Assembly: GCA_016930795.1 (NCBI GenBank)
Contig: JAFGFY010000057.1
Coordinates: 1 to 55,942, forward strand
DNA length: 55,942 nucleotides
Origin: Deltaproteobacteria bacterium
GTDB lineage: Bacteria; Desulfobacterota; DSM-4660; Desulfatiglandales; HGW-15
Direction: 5' to 3'
Shown here: piece by piece, positions 38,190 through 47,015 of the stretch
Layout: the number at the start of each line of letters is the position of its first letter
Numbering within the stretch: the stretch's first letter is position 1
Position numbers and translations under genes: made by a program
The notes under the pieces: generated by a model
Told to the model about the DNA's origin: nothing
Databases searched by the model: none
The model's input: only the letters and a program-made list of their open reading frames with translations

Positions 38190-39300
38190 CTATCCCTCGA
38201 TTTCTCTGGGCGGTCGCTGCACCACCTTGTCCCCTTCTTTTACCCCTGAGATCACTTCGATATTCAGTCCATCGGAGAGACCGATTTTGACGGCCACTTT
38301 CCGGGGCTCCGCTTCAGGAACATCTCCGGGCAGTTCGACAAATGTTTTGGCACCTTCATCCTCAAATATAACCAGGCGTTCGGGGATGAGTAGAATGTTC
38401 TTCTTCTCTCGTATGACAACATCAGCATTGGCTGAATATCCCGCACGCAGCAGTACTCCTTCGACAGAGTCCAATTCGATCTCCACCTCGAAGAGCTTGG
38501 CATTATCTCGTTCAATCGCCTGTGGGGCAATGCGAGTTAATTTGCCGATAATCGCCTGATCGGGAAGGGCACCGACTTTTAGGCGAACCGGAAAACCCAT
38601 ATCCAGCTTGCCCACATCAATCTCGTCCACCGTCCCCTTGAAGATCAAGTCGCTCATATCAGCCAGAGTGGCCAAATCGGTACCTGCCTGGTAGCTTGTA
38701 AGGGGAACCACCGGATCTCCGGGGTCAACCAGCCGCTCTAAGAGGATTCCGGCTGCCGGAGCGCGAATGACGGTCTCCATTTTCTTCCCGCGGCCGGCAA
38801 TCCGCCCCTCCTGGATGAGCTGTAGATGATCCCGGGCGCGATCCAGCTCGATCCGGCTGAGGTCCATAGGCCTCGTGATCAGCGTCAAGCCTGTTTATCG
38901 ATTCAACACCCTGTTCCACCAGATCCTTGGAACGTTCCCAATCCGCCTTGGCGCGATTATATGCGGAGAGGGCCTTTTCAACCTGACGTTCAGCTTCCAG
39001 CAGTTCCACAGGAGTGGGATCTGGACTGATTTCAATGATGGGATCTCCGACTTTCACTCGGTCACCCACATCGACCGGGCACCGTCTGACGATTCCAGAT
39101 ATTTTTGACTTGATGTGGAACTTCTGACGGGGTTCGATCTGACCCACGGCCACCGCTTTTTCGGTGATGTCGCCCCTGGCGACATTCACAAAGGTGAACC
39201 CTCGATCGTCCGGTTGATAGTTCCGAACCCAGGCATACCCGCCCACGACCGTCGCAGCCAGCATGACGAGCACCAGGAGTATCTTCAATATCTTGGCCAT
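38190..39300 (-). pseudogene. HlyD/MacA-family periplasmic adaptor interrupted by a +1 frame change near 38860-38895
   Basis: The N-terminal part (track ORF 38725..39300) makes sense only to ...DLVEQGVESINRLDA. The rest (...ITRPMDLSRIELDRARDHLQ...VIRAPAAGIL...) is in the +1 frame (track ORF 38190..38888), whose frame is closed by TAA at 38895-38897. Confidence 0.7.
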
Positions 39301-39406
39301 TTCCTACCTCCATCCCCCTCAAATATTCTCAGACTCTCTTTGCAACTATAGACTCAGACGAATAACTCCGAGATTTGTTTCATTACTCTCCTCTTCTTCC
39401 CCGTTC

Positions 39407-40006
39407 CTATCGGTAAAACCATCCTAATTCCCTAATTTCCGGAATCGTCTCATTCATCCTTTTAGCGATCCGCTCCAGATCTTCGGCCAGGTCCTCTATC
39501 TCTTCTGCTTTTTCCTCAAGACACTCGGCCTTTCTCTCCAATTTATGGGCCTCCCACTCCATATCCTGATCAAGATCATCGCCGTCATATGAAGTGAACA
39601 TCATTTTAAATACACCGCCGACCGCCTTCAAGCCCAGCTTAGCACCATCAATACCGATCTTGGCTCCTTCATGACCCAAACTCGTGGCCTGACTGACGAT
39701 GTCCGTTGTTAAGCTATAGTAGCCCGCAACCAGTCTCTTTTGTTTTCTGTTCAGCTTTATTGATTCATCATTAATATAGAGTTGACCATCTTCGGTAATT
39801 TCCACTTTTTCATGACGAGGACCGTCATGAGAGATGAAGATAGAACCATCCTCGATTTCATATTTGACACCATCCATGTACCATTTATTCAGATCCATAA
39901 AGAAAAACGGGCAATCCTGATGTCCACCCGCACTGACCGGACTCGCCAATAAAGCAAATATTGCCAATACCGGCACAATAAGCATAGTTAATCTCTTTCG
40001 TTTCAT
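39407..40006 (-). CDS. exported hypothetical protein with acidic C-terminal coiled coil
   Basis: ATG 40006 after GGAGGGGAG is preferred over the TTG at 40021. Signal peptide ...ASPVSAGG; C-terminus EWEAHKLERKAECLEEKAEEIEDLAEDLERIAKRM. Confidence 0.65.
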   Translation of the reverse strand: MKRKRLTMLIVPVLAIFALLASPVSAGGHQDCPFFFMDLNKWYMDGVKYEIEDGSIFISHDGPRHEKVEITEDGQLYINDESIKLNRKQKRLVAGYYSLTTDIVSQATSLGHEGAKIGIDGAKLGLKAVGGVFKMMFTSYDGDDLDQDMEWEAHKLERKAECLEEKAEEIEDLAEDLERIAKRMNETIPEIRELGWFYR

Positions 40007-40046
40007 ATCTCTCCCCTCCAATGTCTCTACAGGAAATATCCCATCT

Positions 40047-40850
40047 CTATCTTTCCGATACGGTCACACTTCCGTTTACGGTGCCTAGGATGATGCTGCC
40101 TCCCCCATCCTTGATTTTGCCATCAAGATTTCGCTTAGTGAGTCTGCCCCGCACGGTTAATGGGAAGTCCGTACGAATCGATCCATTCACCGTGCCGGCT
40201 TCCAGGTCTGCACTCACATTCGAAGGCAACGCTAACCGAACGCTGCCATTGACTGTCCGTATGGTTATTTCGTCGCTATTCGAAAAAGAATCGACTTTCA
40301 CACGAACAGAACCATTTGTTGTTTGAACAGAAATGCTTCCTTTTATATCAGAGGCCTCTATACCCCCATTTGTCGTCCTTAGTTCAGCCTTTCCTTCTAC
40401 GTTTTCCGTCTCTATGCCTCCGTTGACTGTTTTCAGATCAATATTCGTCTTTTCAGGCACCTTAATCCAATAACGCACCCATACGCCTCCATTTGAGCCA
40501 AATGCCCATTTGAAAAAGCCGTTTTTGCCCAAGTGTTTTGGGTAATCGGCTTCGACGCGAATCCTGTCTGAGTCATAGTCTACAACGATTTCCACTTCCT
40601 CTAATAGATCCTCTGCCTCTCGGCGACTTCCGGCTCTCACCTTTACCTCAGATACTATCTCTACTTTATCTTGACTCCATGAGGAGAGTTCGATTCCGCC
40701 GTTCACGGCCCTTACAATAACATCTCCACCTGGATTAAAATCATAGACCTCCTCAAAGTATTTGGTTATCGTCGCGGCAAAAGAAGATGCCGCTGCACAG
40801 ACAATAAACATGGTCACAAAGAATATTTTCCATCCTTTTCTATTCATCAC
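40047..40850 (-). CDS. DUF4097 (Toastrack / LiaG-like) beta-helix repeat protein, exported
   Basis: Signal peptide plus iterated V/TNGGIE and TVNGSV/I repeats. Confidence 0.8.
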   Translation of the reverse strand: MMNRKGWKIFFVTMFIVCAAASSFAATITKYFEEVYDFNPGGDVIVRAVNGGIELSSWSQDKVEIVSEVKVRAGSRREAEDLLEEVEIVVDYDSDRIRVEADYPKHLGKNGFFKWAFGSNGGVWVRYWIKVPEKTNIDLKTVNGGIETENVEGKAELRTTNGGIEASDIKGSISVQTTNGSVRVKVDSFSNSDEITIRTVNGSVRLALPSNVSADLEAGTVNGSIRTDFPLTVRGRLTKRNLDGKIKDGGGSIILGTVNGSVTVSER

Positions 40851-40989
40851 TTAGCCTCCTGTCATCGCCTTCGATATCCTCTGAGGTTTTCGGCATGAAT
40901 TCGCTGGTTCATTACTACTTATTCCTCCTATAAAACTCTGTCTTTATGAAAAGGTTACAAAACATCGATATGGCCATGTTCCCCCGCGA

Positions 40990-41343
40990 TTAAGCTCTCA
41001 ACCGCCGTTCCCAGTCGTATTCCTTTGATGTCACAATGCTCTCCAGATTATGTAGCCGCCGCTCAAGAGTCTGTTGTCGTCGTCTTATGTGATCCGACGA
41101 GGGTCTATTGGAATGTTGGTGTGGACGAATCACGGGTTCAGATTTCATCAGGATAGCCGCCAGGAAGTAGAGGACGACCACGGGCCATAATCCGCTGATC
41201 AGGAACAGAATAATCAGGATGACCCGAATACAGAAGACGGAAAAACCGAGGTAATCTCCAATGCCCCTGCAAACCCCCATGATGATCCCGCTTCTGGATC
41301 GATAAAGCCCTCGGTCATAACACATATCTTGGAATCGTCTCAT
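40990..41343 (-). CDS. pspC: phage-shock protein C (PspC-domain membrane protein), copy 1
   Basis: Start at ATG 41343 (GGAGAGGAG RBS). GIIMGVCRGIGDYLGFSVFCIRVILIILF PspC domain, and a C-terminal LERRLHNLESIVTSKEYDWERRLRA leucine-zipper-like tail as in E. coli PspC. Confidence 0.85.
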   Translation of the reverse strand: MRRFQDMCYDRGLYRSRSGIIMGVCRGIGDYLGFSVFCIRVILIILFLISGLWPVVVLYFLAAILMKSEPVIRPHQHSNRPSSDHIRRRQQTLERRLHNLESIVTSKEYDWERRLRA

Positions 41344-41362
41344 GATATTTCTCCTCTCCATA

Positions 41363-42046
41363 TTAAGCTTGAGTTGTTTGTTGTGAATCCTTGTGAAAAG
41401 AGGGCTTGATATGACATAACTCGTTTTCAATATCATCGTCTACGATCATCGCGTCCAGTTCCTGCTCAATGGTCCCATCTATGCCGTAATTCACTAGGAC
41501 CGCTTCCGCCTCCATTCTCTCAATTCGGTTTTCAAATTCTTCAAACTTATAGACGGCCTCTGAGTACTCGATTATCCGGTTCCCCTCCTGGGCCTCTCTT
41601 TGACATTGTGCATGGATATGGAGCTGGGCGAGAGTGCGCTGTTTTTCACGGGCGGCACCCAGTTTATGCTCCATTTGGATCATATTATTTTGATACTGCG
41701 CCACCAGGACCTGACGCTCTCTAAGTTCCCTCTGAAGAACTTCCGCCTTTTCCGAGTACCGCCGCTTTTCAACGAGCGCGTCCCGGGCCAGATCATCTCT
41801 CCCCTTTCTCACGGCAACGGCTGCCCTCTTTTCCCATAAGCCGACGCGATACTGAGCATCTAGCATCTCACGCTCAATCTTCTTCCCTACAGCCATCTCA
41901 CCGGCACAGTCTGACTTGATCTCCACAAGGGTGCCTTCCATATCACGAACCATGAGCTTGAGTATTTTGACCGGATCTTCCGCCTTATCCAGCATGGCGT
42001 TGATGTTTGAGCTCACAATGTCACGAAACCGTGTAAAAGTCCCCAT
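41363..42046 (-). CDS. pspA: phage-shock protein A (PspA/IM30), copy 1
   Basis: Start at ATG 42046 (AGGAGG RBS); 227 aa; MGTFTRFRDIVSSNINAMLDKAEDPVKILKLMVRDME signature. Confidence 0.93.
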   Translation of the reverse strand: MGTFTRFRDIVSSNINAMLDKAEDPVKILKLMVRDMEGTLVEIKSDCAGEMAVGKKIEREMLDAQYRVGLWEKRAAVAVRKGRDDLARDALVEKRRYSEKAEVLQRELRERQVLVAQYQNNMIQMEHKLGAAREKQRTLAQLHIHAQCQREAQEGNRIIEYSEAVYKFEEFENRIERMEAEAVLVNYGIDGTIEQELDAMIVDDDIENELCHIKPSFHKDSQQTTQA

Positions 42047-42082
42047 AGCTCGCCTCCTTTGTTCTCTGTTTGCCATAGATAA

Positions 42083-42100
42083 TCGCAGGAATCGTGCCAT
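42083..42100 (-). promoter_or_regulatory. sigma54 (-24/-12) promoter of pspA copy 1
   Basis: The minus strand reads TGGCAC-GATTC-CTGCG, with GG and GC at the correct spacing, about 38 nt upstream of the ATG. Confidence 0.65.
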
Positions 42101-42230
42101 TGATCATATTACCCAATAACTCTAGTTAAAACATTAGGTTACAAATATTCATTGAGATTCCGAGATGAGATTAATAAGCCCATGTCTGGCGAAAGAAACT
42201 AACAAGTGCTCTATTTAGCCAAAGAAGAAA

Positions 42231-42358
42231 TTTGAAGATCCCTGCAGTCCCGCTGAAGGCGGGACAGGGAATCTCCCAAATGTAAGGAAGTATTTATTGT
42301 AATTCGCTCGCTAACCCCGCAGCAAGCTACGGGGAATGCGCTCGCTGTGCATTTTCAA
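42231..42358. repeat. REP/MITE-like palindromic element, copy B (long form)
   Basis: ATTTGAAGATCCCTGCAG-TCCCGCTGAAGGCGGGA-CAGGGAATCTCCCAAAT palindrome, then the tail GTAAGGAAGTATTTATTGTAATTCGCTCGCT[hairpin]GTGCATTTTCAA. Confidence 0.75.
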
Positions 42359-42817
42359 AATGAAATCGCTATGAAAGCGCTTTGTCACTTCATATTCGCA
42401 ACAAGTGTACCGTGGCCTTATTTTTTTTCAATAAGATAGCTTGATAACCAAACCGAGGGTTGCCCGTTTTTTAGTTGATTATGTTCGCTTTCGGGCATTT
42501 TTTACTGAAGATTCACATTGCAAAAAAATCGATCTGCCAATAACTCAGAGGAGAAAAAAGGAAGGGTGTAATCCAAAGACAATGGCTCCTGTCTGTTCCC
42601 TCGCCTTGCCCGCATCTTCTTCTAACGTGACAGGTCACAAATCCCAAAAAAACCTTTAGACAAAGAACAGACTCGCCCAATAATACCCATGCTCTCTGCT
42701 AACTCGATACGGCAACCAGCAAACTCGGAGGTTACTCTTTTGTGTTCATCCATTATGACAACACTACGACTTTCTCTGGCACACCGTCCGTTTAGGGCAG
42801 GAAGATCCTTTTTACTC

Positions 42818-43189
42818 TCATTCAAACACGTAGTTCTGGACAATGCCGTCCTTGATGTCAATGATCAATGTCTCTCTTGTCCTGGTCACGGTTTCTGTAT
42901 TGATAATGAAGAATACATGGCTTTCAGACTCTGTTCTGTAACTCCTTTCATATTCCCATGTTTCCTCACCACTATCAAAGGTTCTTTGCCTTGTCGGCAT
43001 TCCGAATGTCTGCAGGAGCCACTCTTTCGTCGTTACTCCCGGCTCGATTTTCTTTATGAGAGTTTTCGATAATTCGCGCCCCGGCGATGTCTGATTCGTA
43101 TATTGTCGCGTAGAAATCAAACATCCACTAATGATAAGGGACAGAATGACTATCATGACCAATAGACACACACGTCTCACGCTATGCAT
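42818..43189 (-). CDS. small lipoprotein, SmpA/OmlA (BamE)-like
   Basis: Lipobox LIISGC; IEPGVTTKEWLLQTFGMPT motif. Confidence 0.65.
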   Translation of the reverse strand: MHSVRRVCLLVMIVILSLIISGCLISTRQYTNQTSPGRELSKTLIKKIEPGVTTKEWLLQTFGMPTRQRTFDSGEETWEYERSYRTESESHVFFIINTETVTRTRETLIIDIKDGIVQNYVFE

Positions 43190-43300
43190 AACAACACCCT
43201 CCGCTTATAAAATGTTGTAGCCTCTATCTTCCTTTTCCAGGCCATAGCCAGTCTCCACAGTATGACACTCCGTTGTGAACGCATCACAAAACTCGCGGCT

Positions 43301-44227
43301 TTACTGTTTTATGATGCGTATATTTCCGCTAAACGAAGAGATGTTAATACTCGCCCCGCCTTTGCCGACAGTCCCCTGAACTTGCCTCGGGTTTAATCTC
43401 CCTGACATCTTAAGCTCAAAGTCACACTCTATAGAACCACTAAACGTCTTTGCTGAAAACTCAAAGTTTGAGTCGGATGGTATAATCACTTTCGTATTCC
43501 CACTGAATAAATCAAGTCTGTAGATGCCTCCGGGGCTCAACTCTCCCCGTAACTTTACATCTCCGCTGGTGGAGCTCATCTCTATTTCTTCCGCATAAGA
43601 AAATGCATCCAGCTCAATATCTCCACTTACGGTTCCTGCTTCTATGGAGCCCTGAATCTCCTGTATAGATATCTCTCCGGATACGCTTTCTAACTCAGCA
43701 TCTCCGTGAATGTATTCCATATCAATATCACCGCTTGTGCTTTTGCATCGCACGTTGCTCTCAGCCAGTCTCACACGTATCTCACCGCTGATAGTCTCTA
43801 CATTTAGAAAGCCGCCTATCTTTCGTACTTCAACATTTCCGCTTATGCTTTTCACTCTCACCGATGCTTTGGCAGGGACGATGATCTCATAAAAAACGGA
43901 TACAGCGCCTGATCGGAACAAACTGAATTCTCTATCGTGCCTTGTGATAATCCGGATATTGCCGTCGATTTGACGAATATGAATAGTGACGTCATCAAAA
44001 TCTCTCTCTCTTCGACCTCTTTTGGTCGCTGTGATCTCAATTCCGTTTTTGTCCCAGCTACTCACGGTGATGTCTCCAGATATGTTTTCCAGATATACCT
44101 TGCCCGTGCTCTCCAAAGGATAAGTTTCGACAATCTTCTCTTCTGTCCATGCCCATCCAAGAGAGGGGAAGCAAACCACGATAGTGAGAATGGCCAGCAG
44201 TGCTATGTAACGTTTTGATCTTTTCAT
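43301..44227 (-). CDS. DUF4097 (Toastrack / LiaG-like) beta-helix repeat protein, copy 2
   Basis: N-terminal signal/anchor. Iterated SGDI/SGEI/SGNV repeats (ISGDITV, ISGNVEV, ISGEIRV, TSGDIDM, VSGEISI, VSGDIEL, TSGDVKL, FSGSIEC, FSGNIRI). Confidence 0.8.
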   Translation of the reverse strand: MKRSKRYIALLAILTIVVCFPSLGWAWTEEKIVETYPLESTGKVYLENISGDITVSSWDKNGIEITATKRGRRERDFDDVTIHIRQIDGNIRIITRHDREFSLFRSGAVSVFYEIIVPAKASVRVKSISGNVEVRKIGGFLNVETISGEIRVRLAESNVRCKSTSGDIDMEYIHGDAELESVSGEISIQEIQGSIEAGTVSGDIELDAFSYAEEIEMSSTSGDVKLRGELSPGGIYRLDLFSGNTKVIIPSDSNFEFSAKTFSGSIECDFELKMSGRLNPRQVQGTVGKGGASINISSFSGNIRIIKQ

Positions 44228-44239
44228 TATCGCCCTCTA

Positions 44240-44356
44240 TTTGAAGATCTATGCAGCCCCGCAAGCGGAATTTCCGCCTCGCTCCAATCCATGCTCCGCA
44301 GTAGCTTGCTATGGAGGACGGATAATCTGCAGGGCGTCTCCCAAATGTAAGGAAGT
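44240..44356. repeat. REP/MITE-like palindromic element, copy D
   Basis: Shares both ends with copy B (TTTGAAGATC..TGCAG and CTGCAGGGCGTCTCCCAAATGTAAGGAAGT) around a different GC-rich hairpin core. Confidence 0.7.
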
Positions 44357-44374
44357 TTTTTGAGGAAACAGGTC

Positions 44375-45043
44375 TTATCCTGACCGCATCATTAAGTTTT
44401 TCATTTCTCCCAAAAGTTCCAGCTTCTTCTTGTAGCAAATCAAAAGATATTCGTTGACCTCCTGGTCATCAGGGTATTCGTTCATCGCGGTCCGGAAAGA
44501 CTGAATCGCCTCGTCGATGATCTCTAGATTCTCTTCAAATACAGCTGCAAGCTCCGGACTGAGTTCCACATTTTGTTCTGATATCGCCTGACTCAAAGCC
44601 GCGATCGCGAGTTGGTAGTGGCGATCCGCTTCTTCAAACCTGTCTGATGCCGCCTCATCCGGGATACTCCTATCCCTTTGAATAAAGGGGATACCGTAGT
44701 AGAAAAGAGTCATCAAAACCAGGCCAGCCAAAAGGCCGCTCCCTGAAAAGGCCAACTCTCTGGAATATAAAGAAAACCGAAAGAACTGCCCTCTCCTCTT
44801 GGGCCAGCTTCTGCTTTTCCGGGCATTCCTGGGTATTTGACCTTCAATACCTGCCCACAGGTATTCAGACGGCTGAAATGACTTCATGTTCTTGGCTACT
44901 CCTGTGATCATCTGCATTTCATGAAGAGACTCTGTACAAGCCGGGCATTCCTTCAGATGCTCTTCAAGAGCTTTGGTCTGTCGCCCGTTGAGAAGATTGT
45001 CGATCTGATTACTTATAAGCCTTTGTGCCTTCGTGCATTTCAT
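44375..45043 (-). CDS. anti-sigma factor, zf-HC2 type, single-pass membrane
   Basis: N-terminal H-x3-C-x2-C (EEHLKECPAC), central TM segment (GLLAGLVLMTLFYYGI); 4-nt overlap with the sigma gene. Confidence 0.8.
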   Translation of the reverse strand: MKCTKAQRLISNQIDNLLNGRQTKALEEHLKECPACTESLHEMQMITGVAKNMKSFQPSEYLWAGIEGQIPRNARKSRSWPKRRGQFFRFSLYSRELAFSGSGLLAGLVLMTLFYYGIPFIQRDRSIPDEAASDRFEEADRHYQLAIAALSQAISEQNVELSPELAAVFEENLEIIDEAIQSFRTAMNEYPDDQEVNEYLLICYKKKLELLGEMKNLMMRSG

Positions 45044-45618
45044 AGTCTTTTGTCCTTTAAATATTTCCTTATCTTCATCCTCGCTCTAAAAAGCTGAGAT
45101 TTTGATGTGCTTTCAGACCATTTCATGACCTGTGCTATCTCCCCGTCGGTGAAGCCCTGAACATCGTGAAGCAGAAACACCGCCTTCTGTTTAGGCGGCA
45201 GGATATTTACTGCCTTTTCCATATCCAGTTTGATATGGGTATTATCTGCTTCAGCTTTCCTGGGTTTATCTATCTCATCGAGGGGAATATGCTTTCCCAT
45301 CCCAGACCTACGGATAGAGCTAATACATGCATTAATAGCGGTCCTGTAAACCCATGCGTTAAATGCCTCCGGAGAACGGAGTTTACGGATACGTGTGAAA
45401 ATTTTTATGAAAATGTCCTGAAGGAGATCCTCGGCTGAAGATAAATCTTTTGTATAACGATAAGTTAGGTTGAAGAGAGGGGACTTGTAATCGCTGAATA
45501 TTTCTTCCATGGCCTTCGTGTCACCATCCTGACAACGCCTAATGACGTCGAAGAGAGACTTTTTGCGATTTAAGCCATTGAAAGCCTTGACGCCTGCTTT
45601 TTCTGTTTGTGAGTTCAA
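45040..45618 (-). CDS. ECF-type RNA polymerase sigma-70 family factor
   Basis: Region 2 (AEDLLQDIFIKIF, AFNAWVYRTAIN) and region 4 (PPKQKAVFLLHDVQGFTDGEIAQVMKWSESTSKSQLFRAR). TTG start as in the track; the start is uncertain. Confidence 0.88.
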   Translation of the reverse strand: MNSQTEKAGVKAFNGLNRKKSLFDVIRRCQDGDTKAMEEIFSDYKSPLFNLTYRYTKDLSSAEDLLQDIFIKIFTRIRKLRSPEAFNAWVYRTAINACISSIRRSGMGKHIPLDEIDKPRKAEADNTHIKLDMEKAVNILPPKQKAVFLLHDVQGFTDGEIAQVMKWSESTSKSQLFRARMKIRKYLKDKRL

Positions 45619-45655
45619 CTTCAGCGCTGTTCGTCAGGTTCTTTTTGTGTGATAT

Positions 45656-45690
45656 ATTATAGAGACGCTGACTCACCCAAAAGGGTTGCT
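45656..45690 (-). promoter_or_regulatory. candidate promoter of the ECF sigma operon (ECF-type AAC-N17-CGTC overlapping a TATAAT box)
   Basis: The minus strand reads GCAACC-CTTTTGGGTGAGTCAG-CGTCTC-TATAAT, about 35-70 nt upstream of the start. Confidence 0.35.
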
Positions 45691-45704
45691 AGGAAAAATG
45701 GATT

Positions 45705-45872
45705 AAGAAAATCGAGCGGGTGGCGCGATTTTCTATGAGATAAGTCTACTGCTTTTGTGGAAGAAAATCGAGCGGGTGGCGCGATTTTCTATGAGATAAG
45801 TCTACTGCTTTTGTGGAAGAAAATCGAGCGGGTGGCGCGATTCCATATGAGACAAGTCAATTGCTTTTTTGA
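45705..45872. repeat. tandem repeat, 3 x 56 bp, each unit containing an 8-bp-stem hairpin
   Basis: Units start at 45705, 45761 and 45817. Units 1 and 2 are identical; unit 3 diverges in its 3' half. The hairpin is GAAAATCG-AGCGGGTGGCG-CGATTTTC. Confidence 0.9.
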
Positions 45873-45888
45873 ATGGATTCTCTTGAGA

Positions 45889-46275
45889 TTATGCCCTCAT
45901 TCGCTGATCCCAATCGTACTCTTTTGATGTCACGGTGTTCTCCAGATTACGTATTCGCCGTTCAAGTGTCTGTTGACGTCTCTTTATATAATCAGAGGCG
46001 GGTCTTCTTGTACGGGCATAGCCGCCATATAACTCCTCCTCATAATGCTGTTGGGGACGAATTATAGGTTCAGGTTTCATGACAAAACCAGCCACGAAGT
46101 AGAGGACAACCACGGGCCAGAATCCGCTGATCAAGAAGAGAATGATCAGAATGACCCGAATCCAGAAGACAGAAAAATTGAAGTAATCTCCAACACCCCT
46201 GCAAACCCCCATGATGATCCCTTTTCTGGATCGATAAAGTCCTCGGTCATAAAAGATATTGTGGAACCGTCTCAT
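45889..46275 (-). CDS. pspC: phage-shock protein C, copy 2
   Basis: 128 aa. Reads MRRFHNIFYDRGLYRSRKGIIMGVCRGVGDYFNFSVFWIRVILIILF ... LERRIRNLENTVTSKEYDWDQRMRA. Confidence 0.85.
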   Translation of the reverse strand: MRRFHNIFYDRGLYRSRKGIIMGVCRGVGDYFNFSVFWIRVILIILFLISGFWPVVVLYFVAGFVMKPEPIIRPQQHYEEELYGGYARTRRPASDYIKRRQQTLERRIRNLENTVTSKEYDWDQRMRA

Positions 46276-46294
46276 GATGTCTCTCCTCTCTATA

Positions 46295-46978
46295 CTACGA
46301 TTGGGTCATTTGTTGTGAGTCCTTTGAAAGAGAGGATTTGATATTTTGCAGCTCATTTTCAATATCCTCGTCCACAATAAGGGCGTCCAGCTCTTGTTCA
46401 GTGGTCTTATTTCGACCGAAATTCACCAGATCAGCCTCCGCTTCCATTCTCTCGATGCGGTTTTCGAACTCTTCAAATTTGAAAATAGCCTCGGAATTCT
46501 CGATTCTCCGGATTTCTTCCTGGGCCTGTTTTTGACGTCGGGCATGGATATGGCGCTGGACGAGGGTGCGCTGCTTTTCACGTGCCCCACCCAGTTTCTG
46601 CTCCAGTTGGACCATATCATCTTGATACTGCGCCACCAGAACCTGATGCTCTTTAAGTTCCCTCTGAAGGCTTTCCGCTTTTTCCGTGTACCGCCTTTTT
46701 TCAACGAGCGCGTCCCGAGCCAAATCGTCTCGGCCTTTACTCACGGCAAGAGCCGCCTTCCCTTGCCAGTATTCTACACGAGACCGGGTTCCCTCCAATT
46801 CACGTTCAATCCTCTTCCCGGCTGCCATCACACCGGCGCATGCCGATTTGATCTCAATTAGAGTGTCCTCCATTTCACGAATCATCAATTTAAGCATCTT
46901 CTCCGGGTCTTCTGCCTTATCCAGCATGGAATTGATGTTTGAGCTTACGATATCACGAAATCGTGTAAAGATTCCCAT
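46295..46978 (-). CDS. pspA: phage-shock protein A (PspA/IM30), copy 2
   Basis: Start at ATG 46978 (AGGAGG RBS); 227 aa; roughly 75 percent identical by eye to copy 1. Confidence 0.93.
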   Translation of the reverse strand: MGIFTRFRDIVSSNINSMLDKAEDPEKMLKLMIREMEDTLIEIKSACAGVMAAGKRIERELEGTRSRVEYWQGKAALAVSKGRDDLARDALVEKRRYTEKAESLQRELKEHQVLVAQYQDDMVQLEQKLGGAREKQRTLVQRHIHARRQKQAQEEIRRIENSEAIFKFEEFENRIERMEAEADLVNFGRNKTTEQELDALIVDEDIENELQNIKSSLSKDSQQMTQS

Positions 46979-47015
46979 AGCTGACCTCCTTCTATTCTCT
47001 GTTTGCCAAGACAAA

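Noticed and set aside
38725-38888. Overlap of the two adaptor ORFs as programmed ribosomal frameshifting.
   Set aside because: No slippery heptamer, homopolymer or downstream pseudoknot-like structure lies in the permissible shift window (about 38860-38895). An indel or sequencing error is the simpler explanation.
42441-43072. Track ORFs 42441..42659 (+) and 42689..43072 (+) in the gap upstream of pspA1.
   Set aside because: There is no RBS and the composition is odd. The second is antisense to the well-supported lipoprotein gene (42818..43189), and the first lies in a repeat-rich AT-biased spacer. They are judged non-coding.
45705-45872. Possible mini-CRISPR array (regularly spaced hairpin-containing repeats).
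   Set aside because: The whole 56-bp unit is repeated, so the sequence between hairpins is identical in units 1 and 2 and there are no unique spacers. There are only three units and no cas genes nearby. It is a tandem repeat, not CRISPR.
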